DNA of 64,000 nucleotides from an uncultured Alphaproteobacteria bacterium (GTDB taxonomy: Bacteria; Pseudomonadota; Alphaproteobacteria; MPNO01; DASWLB01), in contig CAVZIN010000003.1 in assembly GCA_963775315.1 (NCBI GenBank), positions 72,011-136,010 on the forward strand, in the 5' to 3' direction. Position 1 is the first letter of the stretch. Each line of letters starts with the position of its first letter. The notes under the pieces were generated by a model. It did no database searches, was not told the origin of the DNA, and was given only the letters and a program-made list of their open reading frames with translations. Positions 35,092-44,786 of the stretch are shown piece after piece. The position numbers and the translations under genes were made by a program.

Positions 35092-37746
35092 CTAACTGTC
35101 CCGGCCGAGCGACTTCGACGCGATCTCGTACACGTCGCGCGACAGGCTCGGCGCCGCAAGGATGCGGGATAGCTCTGCCTTCATCCGGTCCTGCCGGCCC
35201 GGATCGTAGCGCCGCCAGCGGCCGAGCGGGGCGAGAAGCCGCGCCGCCACCTGAGGGTTGATCGCGTCGAGCTCCAGCGTGCGGTCGGCGTGGAAGGCAT
35301 AGCCCGACCCAGCGGCCGCGTGATAGCGCAATGGATTGGCGGCGGTGAACGCGCCGATCAGCGCGCGCACCCGGTTCGGGTTGCGCATCGAGAAGGCGGG
35401 GTGGTCCATCAGCGCCTTCACCCGGTCCAGCGTGTCGGGCAGCGACGACACCGCCTGCAGGCTCAGCCACTTGTCCACGACCAGCCGGTCGTCCTTGAAG
35501 CGCTCGAAGAAATCGCCGAGCGCCTGCTCGCGCGCCGCTCCCGGAATGTCGACCAGAAGGCGCAGCGCCGCCATCCGGTCGGTCATGTTGTCGGCGGTGC
35601 GATAGCGCCGCGCGACTCGCTCCAGCATCGCGGGATCGCCTTCCGCCAGCGCGGCGAGATAGGCGAGCGCGGCATTGCGAAGCGCGCGCCGTCCCGCCTG
35701 CGCCGCGTCCGGGCTGTAGGGCTCGGCCGACGCGGGCGCGTCGGCGATGCGGGCGAGCTCGGCGGTCAGTCCCTCGGCGACGGCGCGGCGCAGCGTCTCG
35801 CGCGCCTGGTGGATGCCGGCGGGATCGACGACGGTCATGCGCTCGGCGAGATAGTCCTCGCTCGGCATGCCGATGGCGACGGCGACATAGGCGGGCTCCA
35901 GCGCCCCGTCGCGCAAGATGTCGGCGATCGCGGCGACGAAGGCGGGATCGGCCGCCGTCGTCCGGCCCGCGCGCAGCGCGTCGACGCCGCGAAGGATCAG
36001 GTCGGTCGCGAACTGCTGGCCCGCCTCCCACCGCGCGAACGGATCGGAATCGTGCGCCATCAGGAAGGCGGCTTCGGCCCCGTCGCGCGCCACCTCGACA
36101 TGGACCGGCGCCGAAAATCCCCGGTTGAGCGACAGCGCCTTCGGCTCGGGCGTGTTGACGAAGCGGAAGGTCTGGTGCAGCTCGGTGACGGCGAGGACGC
36201 GCCCCTTGGTCGCGGCGCCCTCCGGCTCGCCGTCGAGGCGCAGCGCGATGTCCTGCCCCTGAGCGTCGAGAAGCCCGACCGCGAACGGGATGTGCAGCGG
36301 CGCCTTGGTTTCCTGTCCCGGCGTCGGCGGGGTCGATTGCGCGACGGTCAGCTCGTAGGCCCCCGCCTTTGCATCGTAGCGCCCGGCGACATCGAGGCGT
36401 GGCGTGCCGGCCTGGGCGTACCAGCGCCTGAACTGGGCAAGGTCGGCGCCGTTCGCATCCGCCATGGCGGCGACGAAATCGTCGCAGGTCGCGGCGGTCC
36501 CGTCGTGGCGCTCCACATAGAGCTTCATGCCCTTCTGGAAGCCCGCCTCGCCGAGGATCGTGTGCATCATGCGGATCACCTCGGCGCCCTTCTGGTAGAC
36601 CGTCGCGGTGTAGAAATTGTTGATCTCGATGTAGGAATCCGGCCGCACCGGGTGGGCGAGGGGGCCGGCGTCCTCGGGGAACTGGCGGTCGCGCAGGCTC
36701 CGCACCTCCTCGATGCGCTTCACCGGGCGGGCGCGCATGTCGGACGAGAACTCCTGGTCGCGGAAGACGGTCAGCCCCTCCTTCAGCGACAGCTGGAACC
36801 AGTCACGACAGGTGATGCGGTCGCCCGTCCAGTTGTGGAAGTACTCGTGCCCGACCACGGTCTCGATGCCGGCGAAATCGGCGTCGGTCGAGCTTTCCGG
36901 GTCCGCCAGGATGTAGCGGTCGTTGAACACGTTGAGGCTTTTGTTCTCCATCGCCCCCATGTTGAAGTCGCTGACCGCGACGATGTTGAACCGGTCGAGG
37001 TCGTACTCCAGCCCGAACCTTTCCTCGTCCCAGCGCATGGCGCGCTTCAGCGCATCCATCGCGTAGCCGGTGCGGTCCTCCTTGCCGTGCTCGACATAGA
37101 TGCGGAGGTCGATTTTGCGGCCCGAGCGCGTCGTGAAGCTGTCGGCGCGGTGGGCGAGATCGCCCGCGACCAGCGCGAACAGATAGCTCGGCTTGGGGAA
37201 CGGGTCGTGCCACACCGCGAAGTGCTGTCCGCCCTCCAGCGCGCCTTCGGCCACCAGATTGCCGTTCGACAGCAGAACCGGGCATGACGCCTCGTCGGCG
37301 CGGATCGTGGTGCGGAAGGTCGCCATCACGTCCGGCCGGTCGAGGAAATAGGTGATGCGGCGGAATCCTTCCGCCTCGCACTGGGTGCAGTAGACGCCGG
37401 ACGAGACGTAAAGGCCGGTGAGCTTGGTGTTGGCCGCGGGCGCGGTCAGCGTCTCGATCTCCAGGATGAACCGCTCCGGCGGGTGCGGGATGGTGAGGGT
37501 CGTGGCATCGAGCGCGTATTCGCCGAGCGCGAGTTCGCGCCCGTCGACCGCGACGCGCACCAGCTCGAGCGCCTCGCCGTCCAGCACCAGGTCGGGCCCG
37601 GCCTCGCCGTCGGCGGCCGCGACCGCGAGGCGCGAGGTGACGCGGGTCCGCTCCGGCGCCAGGTCGAACACGAGGTCGACGGTCTCGATCCGCCAGGCGG
37701 GCGGGGTGTAGTCGCTGCGATGGATGACACGTTGCGCTTGGCTCAT
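35092..37746 (-). CDS. pepN: Aminopeptidase N (M1 family)
   Basis: 'HEYFHNWTGD' zincin motif with 'GAMEN'. ATG at 37746 ('MSQAQRVIHRSDYTPPAWRIETVDLVFDL') matches the PepN N-terminus. Confidence 0.95.
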   Translation of the reverse strand: MSQAQRVIHRSDYTPPAWRIETVDLVFDLAPERTRVTSRLAVAAADGEAGPDLVLDGEALELVRVAVDGRELALGEYALDATTLTIPHPPERFILEIETLTAPAANTKLTGLYVSSGVYCTQCEAEGFRRITYFLDRPDVMATFRTTIRADEASCPVLLSNGNLVAEGALEGGQHFAVWHDPFPKPSYLFALVAGDLAHRADSFTTRSGRKIDLRIYVEHGKEDRTGYAMDALKRAMRWDEERFGLEYDLDRFNIVAVSDFNMGAMENKSLNVFNDRYILADPESSTDADFAGIETVVGHEYFHNWTGDRITCRDWFQLSLKEGLTVFRDQEFSSDMRARPVKRIEEVRSLRDRQFPEDAGPLAHPVRPDSYIEINNFYTATVYQKGAEVIRMMHTILGEAGFQKGMKLYVERHDGTAATCDDFVAAMADANGADLAQFRRWYAQAGTPRLDVAGRYDAKAGAYELTVAQSTPPTPGQETKAPLHIPFAVGLLDAQGQDIALRLDGEPEGAATKGRVLAVTELHQTFRFVNTPEPKALSLNRGFSAPVHVEVARDGAEAAFLMAHDSDPFARWEAGQQFATDLILRGVDALRAGRTTAADPAFVAAIADILRDGALEPAYVAVAIGMPSEDYLAERMTVVDPAGIHQARETLRRAVAEGLTAELARIADAPASAEPYSPDAAQAGRRALRNAALAYLAALAEGDPAMLERVARRYRTADNMTDRMAALRLLVDIPGAAREQALGDFFERFKDDRLVVDKWLSLQAVSSLPDTLDRVKALMDHPAFSMRNPNRVRALIGAFTAANPLRYHAAAGSGYAFHADRTLELDAINPQVAARLLAPLGRWRRYDPGRQDRMKAELSRILAAPSLSRDVYEIASKSLGRDS

Positions 37747-37912
37747 GACCTCACCGTGCGATGGGAACGGGTTCTCTGCACGATATGGCACGAGCGGGGC
37801 CGGATCGGGAGTCCGTATCTCGCGGCGCGACGGCGTGCCGCCACATTCCGGAACCTCCGCGCGATCTCGCCCGTTTCATCTTTGTCCATTGGGACAAAGG
37901 GACGCAAAGCGA

Positions 37913-38382
37913 TGGCAGAGCAGGACCAAGCCGCGCAAGGCGGCAACGGCCACCACAGCCCGGGGGAGGCGGCGCGAAGCGCGGCCCGCCGGCTGCGCGC
38001 CGACGGCGTCGACCTCTACGAATCGGCGAAATCGGCGGTCGTCGATTCCGCCGAGGAGCGCAAGGCGGAGGCTGGAACCTATTTCCGCGACGTCGCCGGC
38101 GCGCTGGAGGCGGGCGCCGAGACGCTCGACGGGCGCGGGCGCGAACGCACCGCGTCGTGGGCCAACTGGCTCGCCGACGAGGTTTCGCACCTCGGCGAGA
38201 GCATGTCCGGGCGCGGCATCGACGAGTTGTGGGACGAGGCCGAAGCGTTCGCGCGGCGCCGCCCGGCGGTGGTCGCGGGCGCGGCGCTGCTCGTCGGCTT
38301 CGGGCTCGTTCGCTTTCTGATGTCGACCGCGGAGCCGGACGAGCCGAGGCCGGGCAACGGCAACGGCGGCACGACGGAGTGA
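37913..38382 (+). CDS. DUF883/ElaB-like membrane-anchored protein
   Basis: C-terminal 'RRRPAVVAGAALLVGFGLVRFL' anchor. AAAGGGA lies upstream of the ATG. Confidence 0.65.
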
Positions 38383-38388
38383 GATGAC

Positions 38389-38775
38389 ATGGCTGTTGAA
38401 GACAAATCCTTCGGCGGACTGATCCGCGAGCTCCTGACCGAACTCCGCGCCCTGATGCGGGCGGAGCTCAACCTCGCCCAGGCCGAGACGCAGGAGAAGT
38501 TCGAGCAGGTGCAGTCCGGCGCGATCCTTCTCGCGGTCGGGCTGCTGGGCGGATTCTGCGGCTTGCTGCTGATGCTGGCGGCCTGCGCCATCGCGCTTGC
38601 CCGCATCATTCCGCCGGCCGCCTCGTTCGGAGCGATCGGCGCGTTCGTCGCGCTGTGCGCCCTCGGCTTCGTCCTCAGGGGGCGCGCCAACCTGAGAGCC
38701 CGCAACCTTCGTCCGGACCGCACCCTGCGCTCGCTGCAGGATGTCGGCCGCACAGCCCGTGAGAGAACCACATGA
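38389..38775 (+). CDS. Holin-X-like (Phage_holin_3_6 family) small membrane protein
   Basis: Two-TM small protein 'LRALMRAELNLAQAE...ILLAVGLLGG'. This is the typical partner of DUF883 and DUF3618. Confidence 0.65.
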   Translation: MAVEDKSFGGLIRELLTELRALMRAELNLAQAETQEKFEQVQSGAILLAVGLLGGFCGLLLMLAACAIALARIIPPAASFGAIGAFVALCALGFVLRGRANLRARNLRPDRTLRSLQDVGRTARERTT

Positions 38776-39659
38776 CCAAGCATTCCCCTTCCCCCGACCA
38801 GCTCGAACACGAGGCGCGCGCCCATCTCGACCGGGCCGTCGCCGCAGCCGAGGCCATCCGCGACCGGGTGACCGGCCTCAACATCGCCGGCAACGCGCTC
38901 GACGTCACCAAGGAGGCGGGCGGCGCGTTCGCCGTCAATTTCGGCCGCGCCGTGCGCGACAACCCGGTGCCGGCCGCGCTGCTCGGCATCGGGCTCGTAT
39001 GGCTCGCTGCCGCCGGGCGCAACGGAAACGGCGTCGAGGACGACGAGTCCGAGGGCCCGATCTACGAGGCGACGCCGGTCGGCTATGAAGCCCATCCGGG
39101 CGGGATCTACGATGCGACCGAGATCCCGGAAGAGCCCGTCGCGCGCTCGCTCGGCGCCGCCGCGGTGAACGAGCAGGCGGCACGCTTCGCCGACGCCGCG
39201 GCCGAGCGCGCCCACCGCGCCCGCGAGGCGGCCGAGGATTTCGCCGACGACGCCGGCGGTCGCGTCCGCCGCAGCGCGCGCCGCGTCGCCTCGGTCGCGG
39301 GCCGCGCGGCCGAGGATGCCGTCGAGTACGGCAAGGCGCACCCGGTCTGGGTGGCGGTCGGAGCGCTCGCGGTTGGCGCCGCCGTCGCCGCCCTGCTCCC
39401 GCGCACGAGGCGCGAGAACCGCACGATGGGCGAGGCGGCCGACGACACCCGCCGCTACGTCCGCGAGCAGGCGGAAGAGGCGGCGGCACGCGCCAAGGAC
39501 GCCGCCCGGCGCGCCGCGGGCGCCGCGCGCGAGACCGTCGAGACCGAGGCGGCGCACGTCGCCGACGTCACCGCCGACGCCGGCCACCGCGCCGCCGAGA
39601 CGGTGCGAGAGGAAATCAAGGACACGACCGGCCACGGCCACGACGACGAGCACTCGTAG
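38772..39659 (+). CDS. DUF3618-family protein
   Basis: Ala/Glu-rich segments around a central TM region ('VPAALLGIGLVWLAAAG'). It overlaps the previous stop. Confidence 0.65.
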   Translation: MTKHSPSPDQLEHEARAHLDRAVAAAEAIRDRVTGLNIAGNALDVTKEAGGAFAVNFGRAVRDNPVPAALLGIGLVWLAAAGRNGNGVEDDESEGPIYEATPVGYEAHPGGIYDATEIPEEPVARSLGAAAVNEQAARFADAAAERAHRAREAAEDFADDAGGRVRRSARRVASVAGRAAEDAVEYGKAHPVWVAVGALAVGAAVAALLPRTRRENRTMGEAADDTRRYVREQAEEAAARAKDAARRAAGAARETVETEAAHVADVTADAGHRAAETVREEIKDTTGHGHDDEHS

Positions 39660-39688
39660 CGCGCGACCTTCATCGGCGCAAAGACGCG

Positions 39689-39720
39689 ATGCCCGGCCAG
39701 GCGCCGGGCATTTCGTTTGC
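39689..39720 (+). terminator. Rho-independent terminator (GCCCGGCCAGGCGCCGGGC + UUUCGUUUGCGCUAUUUCUUCUUUU)
   Basis: 7-bp GC stem followed by a T-rich tract, directly after the DUF3618 gene. Confidence 0.5.
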
Positions 39721-39721
39721 G

Positions 39722-40642
39722 CTATTTCTTCTTTTCCGGCGGCGGCGGGCGGGTGTGGTCGGCGACGTAGGCCTCGCGCATCCCCTCGGGCCGGGCGGGG
39801 CCGACCGTCGAATCGATGTGGGTCTGCATCTCGAGCTCCGAATTGATCTCGGCGCCCATGATGACCACGAACGCGCTGATATAGAGCCACATCAGCAGCA
39901 CCACGACCGCCGCGACGGGGCCGAACGTGCGGTCGTAGCTGCCGAAATTCTGCACGTAGAAAGCGAAGGCGAGCGAGGCGAGCAGCCAGAGCGCGCAGGC
40001 GGTCGCCGCGCCCACCGATACCCAGCGGAGCTTCGCCCGGCGCCGGCACGGCGCGAAGCCGTAGAGCGTGGCGAGGGCGATCATCACCAGCACGGCGAGG
40101 ACCAGCCAGCGGCCCGCCATCAGCACCGAAGCGATCAAGGGCGGCACGGGGAGCACGCCGATCGCGGCGGGGATCGCCGCGATCAGGGCGAGCGAGAGGA
40201 TGACGAACACCACCGCCCCGACGGTCAGCGCCAGCGCCCAGAGGTTGCGCTCGATGAAGCCGCGCCGTTCGGCCTCCTCGTAGGCAACGTTCATCGCCGT
40301 CATCAGCGCGGTCACGCCCTTGGTCGCGCTCCACACCGCGATGAGGATCGAGACGATCAGCCCGATGCTGAGGCTCGAGTTGCTCTTTTTCGCAACCGAG
40401 GTGAGCTGGTCGGTGACGAGCTGGTACACCGACTGCGGCACCAGCCAGGAATACTGGTCGAGCTGGGCGTGCACGTCGAACGGGCTGAACATCAGCCCGT
40501 AGACCAGCACCAGCGCGATCAGCGCGGGGAAGATCGCGAGGAAGCCGTAGAACGCGACGCCTGCCGCGATGATCGAGGCACGGTCGCGCGACACCTCGTC
40601 CTTGACGCGCACCAGCACCTCGCGCCAGGCGCGCCACGGCAT
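39722..40642 (-). CDS. YihY/BrkB-family inner-membrane protein
   Basis: 'AAGVAFYGFLAIFPALIALV' and multiple TMs. Start chosen at ATG 40642 ('MPWRAW') to avoid overlap with the upstream gene. In-frame ATGs at 40756 and 40801 are alternatives. Confidence 0.7.
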   Translation of the reverse strand: MPWRAWREVLVRVKDEVSRDRASIIAAGVAFYGFLAIFPALIALVLVYGLMFSPFDVHAQLDQYSWLVPQSVYQLVTDQLTSVAKKSNSSLSIGLIVSILIAVWSATKGVTALMTAMNVAYEEAERRGFIERNLWALALTVGAVVFVILSLALIAAIPAAIGVLPVPPLIASVLMAGRWLVLAVLVMIALATLYGFAPCRRRAKLRWVSVGAATACALWLLASLAFAFYVQNFGSYDRTFGPVAAVVVLLMWLYISAFVVIMGAEINSELEMQTHIDSTVGPARPEGMREAYVADHTRPPPPEKKK

Positions 40643-40700
40643 GGCGAAGGGCGAGGGCGCGTACTCGCCGCGCGCGCCGACGACCGGCCGCTCGATGCGG

Positions 40701-41423
40701 TCAACCGTGGGTGCCGTACCCGTCGTCGTGCCCGCGCGCACCGTGGTCGCTTTCATGTTCGTGGTCGTGCCGCTGTTCGAACGCGCCCTGGTCGTGCTCA
40801 TGGTCGTGCCTGCGATCGCGCGCCCCCGGTGTCACCCTGAGCTGGGAGAGGAGACGCGGCGTGATCTCGGGACCGGGCGGCAGGTGCGCGTCGCGCCGGT
40901 AGCGGACGATGGCGCGGCGCGTCGCGGGGCCGAGCACGCCGTCCGGCGGCCCCGCCCGATAGCCGCGCCGGTCGAGCGCCTCCTGCACCGCGCGCACCCG
41001 GTCGCGCGCGACGATCCCGCCGGGGGCGCGCCGCTCCGCCCGTCGGTTCTGGTGGCGCAGGTCGCGCCGCTCCTCACGCCGCTCGTCCTGCCGCGCCGCG
41101 GGGCCATTGCCTTCGATCCGCGCCAGCAGCTCGCGAGTCGGCCGGCCGGTGACGCGAAGCCCGTGCGACCTCTGGTAAGCCTCGATCGCGCGGCGGGTGT
41201 GGAATCCCATCACCCCGTCGGCCGGGCCGGCGTTGAACCCTTGCCGGTCGAGCGCGGCCTGCAGGCGAGCGACCAGCCCGCCATGCGAGCCGGCCTCGCC
41301 GGCGCGCCCGACTGGGGCGGGGGCGAATTCTGGCGACGCGGGAAAGGCGTGCGCGGCCGGGGCGGCGGCCGCGAGGGCCAGCGCGGCGGACGCACAGAGG
41401 ATCGGCAGTCGAGCGCGGGACAT
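40701..41423 (-). CDS. Secreted protein with two peptidoglycan-binding (PG_binding_1) domains and His-rich C-terminus
   Basis: Signal peptide 'MSRARLPILCASAALALAAAAPAAHA'. Two 'LQ.ALDRQGFNAGPADGVMG'-type repeats. The tail is 'DRRHDHEHDQ...HDHEHESDHG'. Confidence 0.7.
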   Translation of the reverse strand: MSRARLPILCASAALALAAAAPAAHAFPASPEFAPAPVGRAGEAGSHGGLVARLQAALDRQGFNAGPADGVMGFHTRRAIEAYQRSHGLRVTGRPTRELLARIEGNGPAARQDERREERRDLRHQNRRAERRAPGGIVARDRVRAVQEALDRRGYRAGPPDGVLGPATRRAIVRYRRDAHLPPGPEITPRLLSQLRVTPGARDRRHDHEHDQGAFEQRHDHEHESDHGARGHDDGYGTHG

Positions 41424-41610
41424 GGCGTTCTCCAGTCGATTCGGTGACGGGGTGTGACCCGCCAACGTCCCGCCGGCCGGTCGGGTTCCCCGAATGGCGG
41501 GCAGGGATCGCCGACCGTCAGCCGCCCGAGGGCCGGCCAGCCGCCGCTATCGATCGTCGAAACGCCGGGAAAGCGGGCGGAAGCGCGGCGTTCGACGCCG
41601 CGCGCGCCCT

Positions 41611-42795
41611 CTAGCCGAACAGCTTGGTCTGCGCGGCGGCCACGGCGCCGCCGGTCTTGATGCCCTTCGCGCCCTTCAGCAGATGCTCGAACGCGGCGAG
41701 GAACAGCGTCACGTGGATAGGCGACGCCGACTGCCCCAGGAGCCCGACGCGCCACACCTTGCCGGCCAACGCGCCCAGCCCGGCGCCCACCTCGATGTCG
41801 TAGTCGTTGAGCAGGGCGTTCCGCACCTTCGCCTCGTCCACCCCCTCGGGCACCACCACCGTGTTGAGTTGCGGCAGGCGGTAGGGCTCGTCGACCAGAA
41901 GCTTCACGCCCATCGCGTCGAGCCCGGCCTTCAGCGCCTCGTGGCACTTCTTGTGGCGCGCCCAGGCGTTCTCGATCCCCTCCTCCATCACCATCACCAG
42001 CGCCTCGTGCAGCGCGTAGAGCGGGTTGATCGGGGCGGTGTGGTGGTAGACGCGCGCGCCGGCGCCGGTCCAGTAGCTCATCACCAGGCCGAGGTCCATG
42101 AACCAGCTCTGGACCTTGCGGTTGCGCTTCTTCACCACGTCGGCGGCACGCGGGCTGAAGGTCAGCGGCGCGAGGCCGGGCATGCAGGACAGGCATTTCT
42201 GCGAGCCGGAATAGACCGCGTCGGCGCCCCATTCGTCGACCTTCACCGGGATGCCGCCGAGCGAGGTGACGCAGTCGACGATCGAGAGCGCGCCGTTCTT
42301 CTGCGCCATCGCGCACAGCGCGGCGGCGTCGGACTCGACACCGGTCGAGGTCTCGGCATGGACGAAGGCCAGCGCCTTCACACCAGGGTTCTTCTTGAAC
42401 GCGTCCTCGACCTTGCCGAGGTCGGTGGGCTTGCCCCAGTCGTCCACCACCATGATCGCCTCGGCGCCGCAGCGCTCGACGTTCTCCTTCATGCGGCCGC
42501 CGAACGCGCCGTTCTGGCAGACGATCACCCGGTCGCCCGGCTCGACGAGGTTGACGAAGCACGCCTCCATCCCGACCGAGCCCGGTCCCGACATCGGGAT
42601 GGTCAGGTCGTTCTTGGTCTGGAAGGCGTAGCGCAGCATCTCCTTCAGCTCTTCCATCATCGCGGAGAAGGTGGGATCGAGATGGCCCACCGTCGGCCGG
42701 CCGAGTGCGGCCAGCACGCGCGGATGCAGATCGGACGGGCCCGGCCCCAGCAAAAAGCGGCGCGGCGGGTTGAACGAGCGTGGCGCGGTGGGCAT
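41611..42795 (-). CDS. Serine--glyoxylate / alanine--glyoxylate aminotransferase (class V PLP aminotransferase)
   Basis: 'SGSQKCLSCMPGLAP' PLP-lysine region and the class V fold. Confidence 0.9.
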   Translation of the reverse strand: MPTAPRSFNPPRRFLLGPGPSDLHPRVLAALGRPTVGHLDPTFSAMMEELKEMLRYAFQTKNDLTIPMSGPGSVGMEACFVNLVEPGDRVIVCQNGAFGGRMKENVERCGAEAIMVVDDWGKPTDLGKVEDAFKKNPGVKALAFVHAETSTGVESDAAALCAMAQKNGALSIVDCVTSLGGIPVKVDEWGADAVYSGSQKCLSCMPGLAPLTFSPRAADVVKKRNRKVQSWFMDLGLVMSYWTGAGARVYHHTAPINPLYALHEALVMVMEEGIENAWARHKKCHEALKAGLDAMGVKLLVDEPYRLPQLNTVVVPEGVDEAKVRNALLNDYDIEVGAGLGALAGKVWRVGLLGQSASPIHVTLFLAAFEHLLKGAKGIKTGGAVAAAQTKLFG

Positions 42796-42899
42796 GGCGG
42801 CTCCCTATCTCTGACGCGATTTGGCGCGGCTGGCGGCGCGTTTCGGGCCTTTTCCTACACGGATTCCCGGCACGGCGTAAGGGGGCCGGGACGCTCCGG

Positions 42900-43826
42900 T
42901 CAGCGGGTCGCGGCGCGGCGCAGCCGGTCGTTGATCGCGCGGCCGAGTCCGGTGTCCGGCACCGGCATCACGGCGATCCCCGCGAGCCCGGCCCTGTCGA
43001 GCGCGCGCATCATGGCGAACAGGTTGGCCGCCGCCTCGCGCAGATCGCCGGTCGGGCTGAGGTTGCGCGTCTCGGCCGCGCCCTCGGGCACGGCGGGACC
43101 GAAGGCGAGCAGCGCCTCGTCCCCGCGCGGGTCGGCGACGTCGAGGCGGAGCGGCAGGCGTGTGGCATAGTGCCGCGCGAGCTGGCCGGGGCTCCGCACC
43201 CCCGCGCCCGGCGGGGCCAGCGGGCCGGCGATCTCCGCGATCTCCTCCTCGGTCACCGCGCCGGGGCGCAATATCGTCGGCCGCGCGCCGGTGAGGTCGA
43301 GCACGGTGGATTCGAGCCCGAGCGCGCATGGACCGCCGTCCAGCACCAGGTCGCAGGGCGCGTCGACATGGTCCGCCGTGGTCGGGCTCACCGCGCCCGA
43401 CCGGTTGGCGGACGGCGCGGCGATCGGCCGGCCCGCCGCCGCGATCAGCGCGTGCGCCACCTCGTGCGACGGCGCGCGCACGGCGAGCGTTTCGAGCCCC
43501 GCCGCGGCCAGAAGCGAGACCGGCCCGTCCGGCCGGCGCGGCAGCACCAGCGTCAGGGGGCCGGGCCAGAACTTCGCGGCAAGCGCGTCGGCGCGCGCAT
43601 CGAACCGGACGAGGTTCGCCGCCGCGTCGCGCCCGCCGACATGGACGATCAGCGGGTTGAAGCTGGGCCGGCCCTTCAACTCGAAGACGGCGGCGACGGC
43701 CCGGTCGATGGTGGCATCGCAGCCGAGCCCGTAGACCGTCTCGGTCGGGAAGGCGACCAGCCGCCCGGCGCGGATCAGCCGCGCTCCTTCGGCAATGCTC
43801 TCCGGCGTGGCGGGGACGATGTTCAT
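42900..43826 (-). CDS. L-threonylcarbamoyladenylate synthase (Sua5/YrdC/TsaC family)
   Basis: 'LVAFPTETVYGLGCDA', 'SANRSG' motifs. Confidence 0.85.
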   Translation of the reverse strand: MNIVPATPESIAEGARLIRAGRLVAFPTETVYGLGCDATIDRAVAAVFELKGRPSFNPLIVHVGGRDAAANLVRFDARADALAAKFWPGPLTLVLPRRPDGPVSLLAAAGLETLAVRAPSHEVAHALIAAAGRPIAAPSANRSGAVSPTTADHVDAPCDLVLDGGPCALGLESTVLDLTGARPTILRPGAVTEEEIAEIAGPLAPPGAGVRSPGQLARHYATRLPLRLDVADPRGDEALLAFGPAVPEGAAETRNLSPTGDLREAAANLFAMMRALDRAGLAGIAVMPVPDTGLGRAINDRLRRAATR

Positions 43827-43837
43827 GGCGATGCCCC

Positions 43838-43990
43838 GGGTCTCCGCCCCTCACCCTGTCCCTCGAGGAGAGGGGACCTTGAAAAGGCAGCTTCTTTGTT
43901 TTCCGAACATCGGGTCGTGCCCGGAGAGGCGGAACAGAAGTCGAGGCGTTCCCTCTCCCTGCGGGAGAGGGACAGGGTGAGGGGACGGCA
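43838..43990. repeat. Large palindromic intergenic element: perfect 18-bp inverted arms (CCCCTCACCCTGTCCCTC / GAGGGACAGGGTGAGGGG) separated by ~102 bp, each flanked by a secondary local palindrome
   Basis: Arms at 43847-43864 and 43967-43984, read directly. Confidence 0.7.
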
Positions 43991-43998
43991 CGGCCGCG

Positions 43999-44778
43999 TC
44001 ACCGCTCGCGCCCGCGGGCGATGAACTCGGGGTTGAGGAAGCCGGGCTTGCCGTAGGCGAGCTCCGCCCCGTCGAGCGTGCGCACGCTGCCGCCGGCGGC
44101 GGCGAGGACGGCGTGGCCGGCGGCCGTGTCCCACTCCATCGTGGCGCCGAAGCGCGGGTAGAGGTCCGCCGCGCCCTCGGCCACCAGGCAGAACTTCAAC
44201 GAAGACCCGGCGGTCGCGAAATCTGCGACCTTGATCTCGCCCAGCATCGCATCGAGTCTCGCCTGGTCGCCGTGGCGCCGGCTCGCCACCACCACGACGC
44301 CCGCCTCGGGCGCCGCGCGACAGGCAATCGGCTCGGAGGCGCCCGATGCACGCTGGCGCGTGGCGGTGCCGGGTCCCGCGGCGGCGTAGGTATCGCCCCG
44401 CGCCGGCACGTGGACGACGCCCAGCACCGGCTGGCCGGATGCGATCAGGGCGATGTTCACGGTGAACTCGTCGCTCCGGTCCAGGAACTCGCGCGTGCCG
44501 TCCAGCGGATCGACCAGCCAGAACGGCCCGCCCGCCACGTCGACCTCGGCGCCCGCCGACATCATCTCCTCCGCCACGGCGGGAACGCCGGGCAGCAGCG
44601 CGGCGAGCGCCGGCAGGATGACGGCCTCGGCCGCCTCGTCCGCCTCGGTGACGGGCGAGGAATCCGCCTTGTGCCGCACCGCGTAGTCGCCGCGGTAGAG
44701 CTTCATGATCTCCGCCCCCGCCGCCCACGCGGCTTCGCGCACGCGGTCGAGCAGGTCGGCCGGGGGCGGCAGGGTCAC
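43999..44778 (-). CDS. cysQ: 3'(2'),5'-bisphosphate nucleotidase / inositol monophosphatase family
   Basis: 'WLVDPLDGTREFL' IMPase motif. GTG at 44778 ('MTLPPPADLLDRVREAAWAAG'). The track ORF's longer N-terminus is Arg-rich junk. Confidence 0.85.
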   Translation of the reverse strand: MTLPPPADLLDRVREAAWAAGAEIMKLYRGDYAVRHKADSSPVTEADEAAEAVILPALAALLPGVPAVAEEMMSAGAEVDVAGGPFWLVDPLDGTREFLDRSDEFTVNIALIASGQPVLGVVHVPARGDTYAAAGPGTATRQRASGASEPIACRAAPEAGVVVVASRRHGDQARLDAMLGEIKVADFATAGSSLKFCLVAEGAADLYPRFGATMEWDTAAGHAVLAAAGGSVRTLDGAELAYGKPGFLNPEFIARGRER

Positions 44779-44786
44779 GGTCAGCC

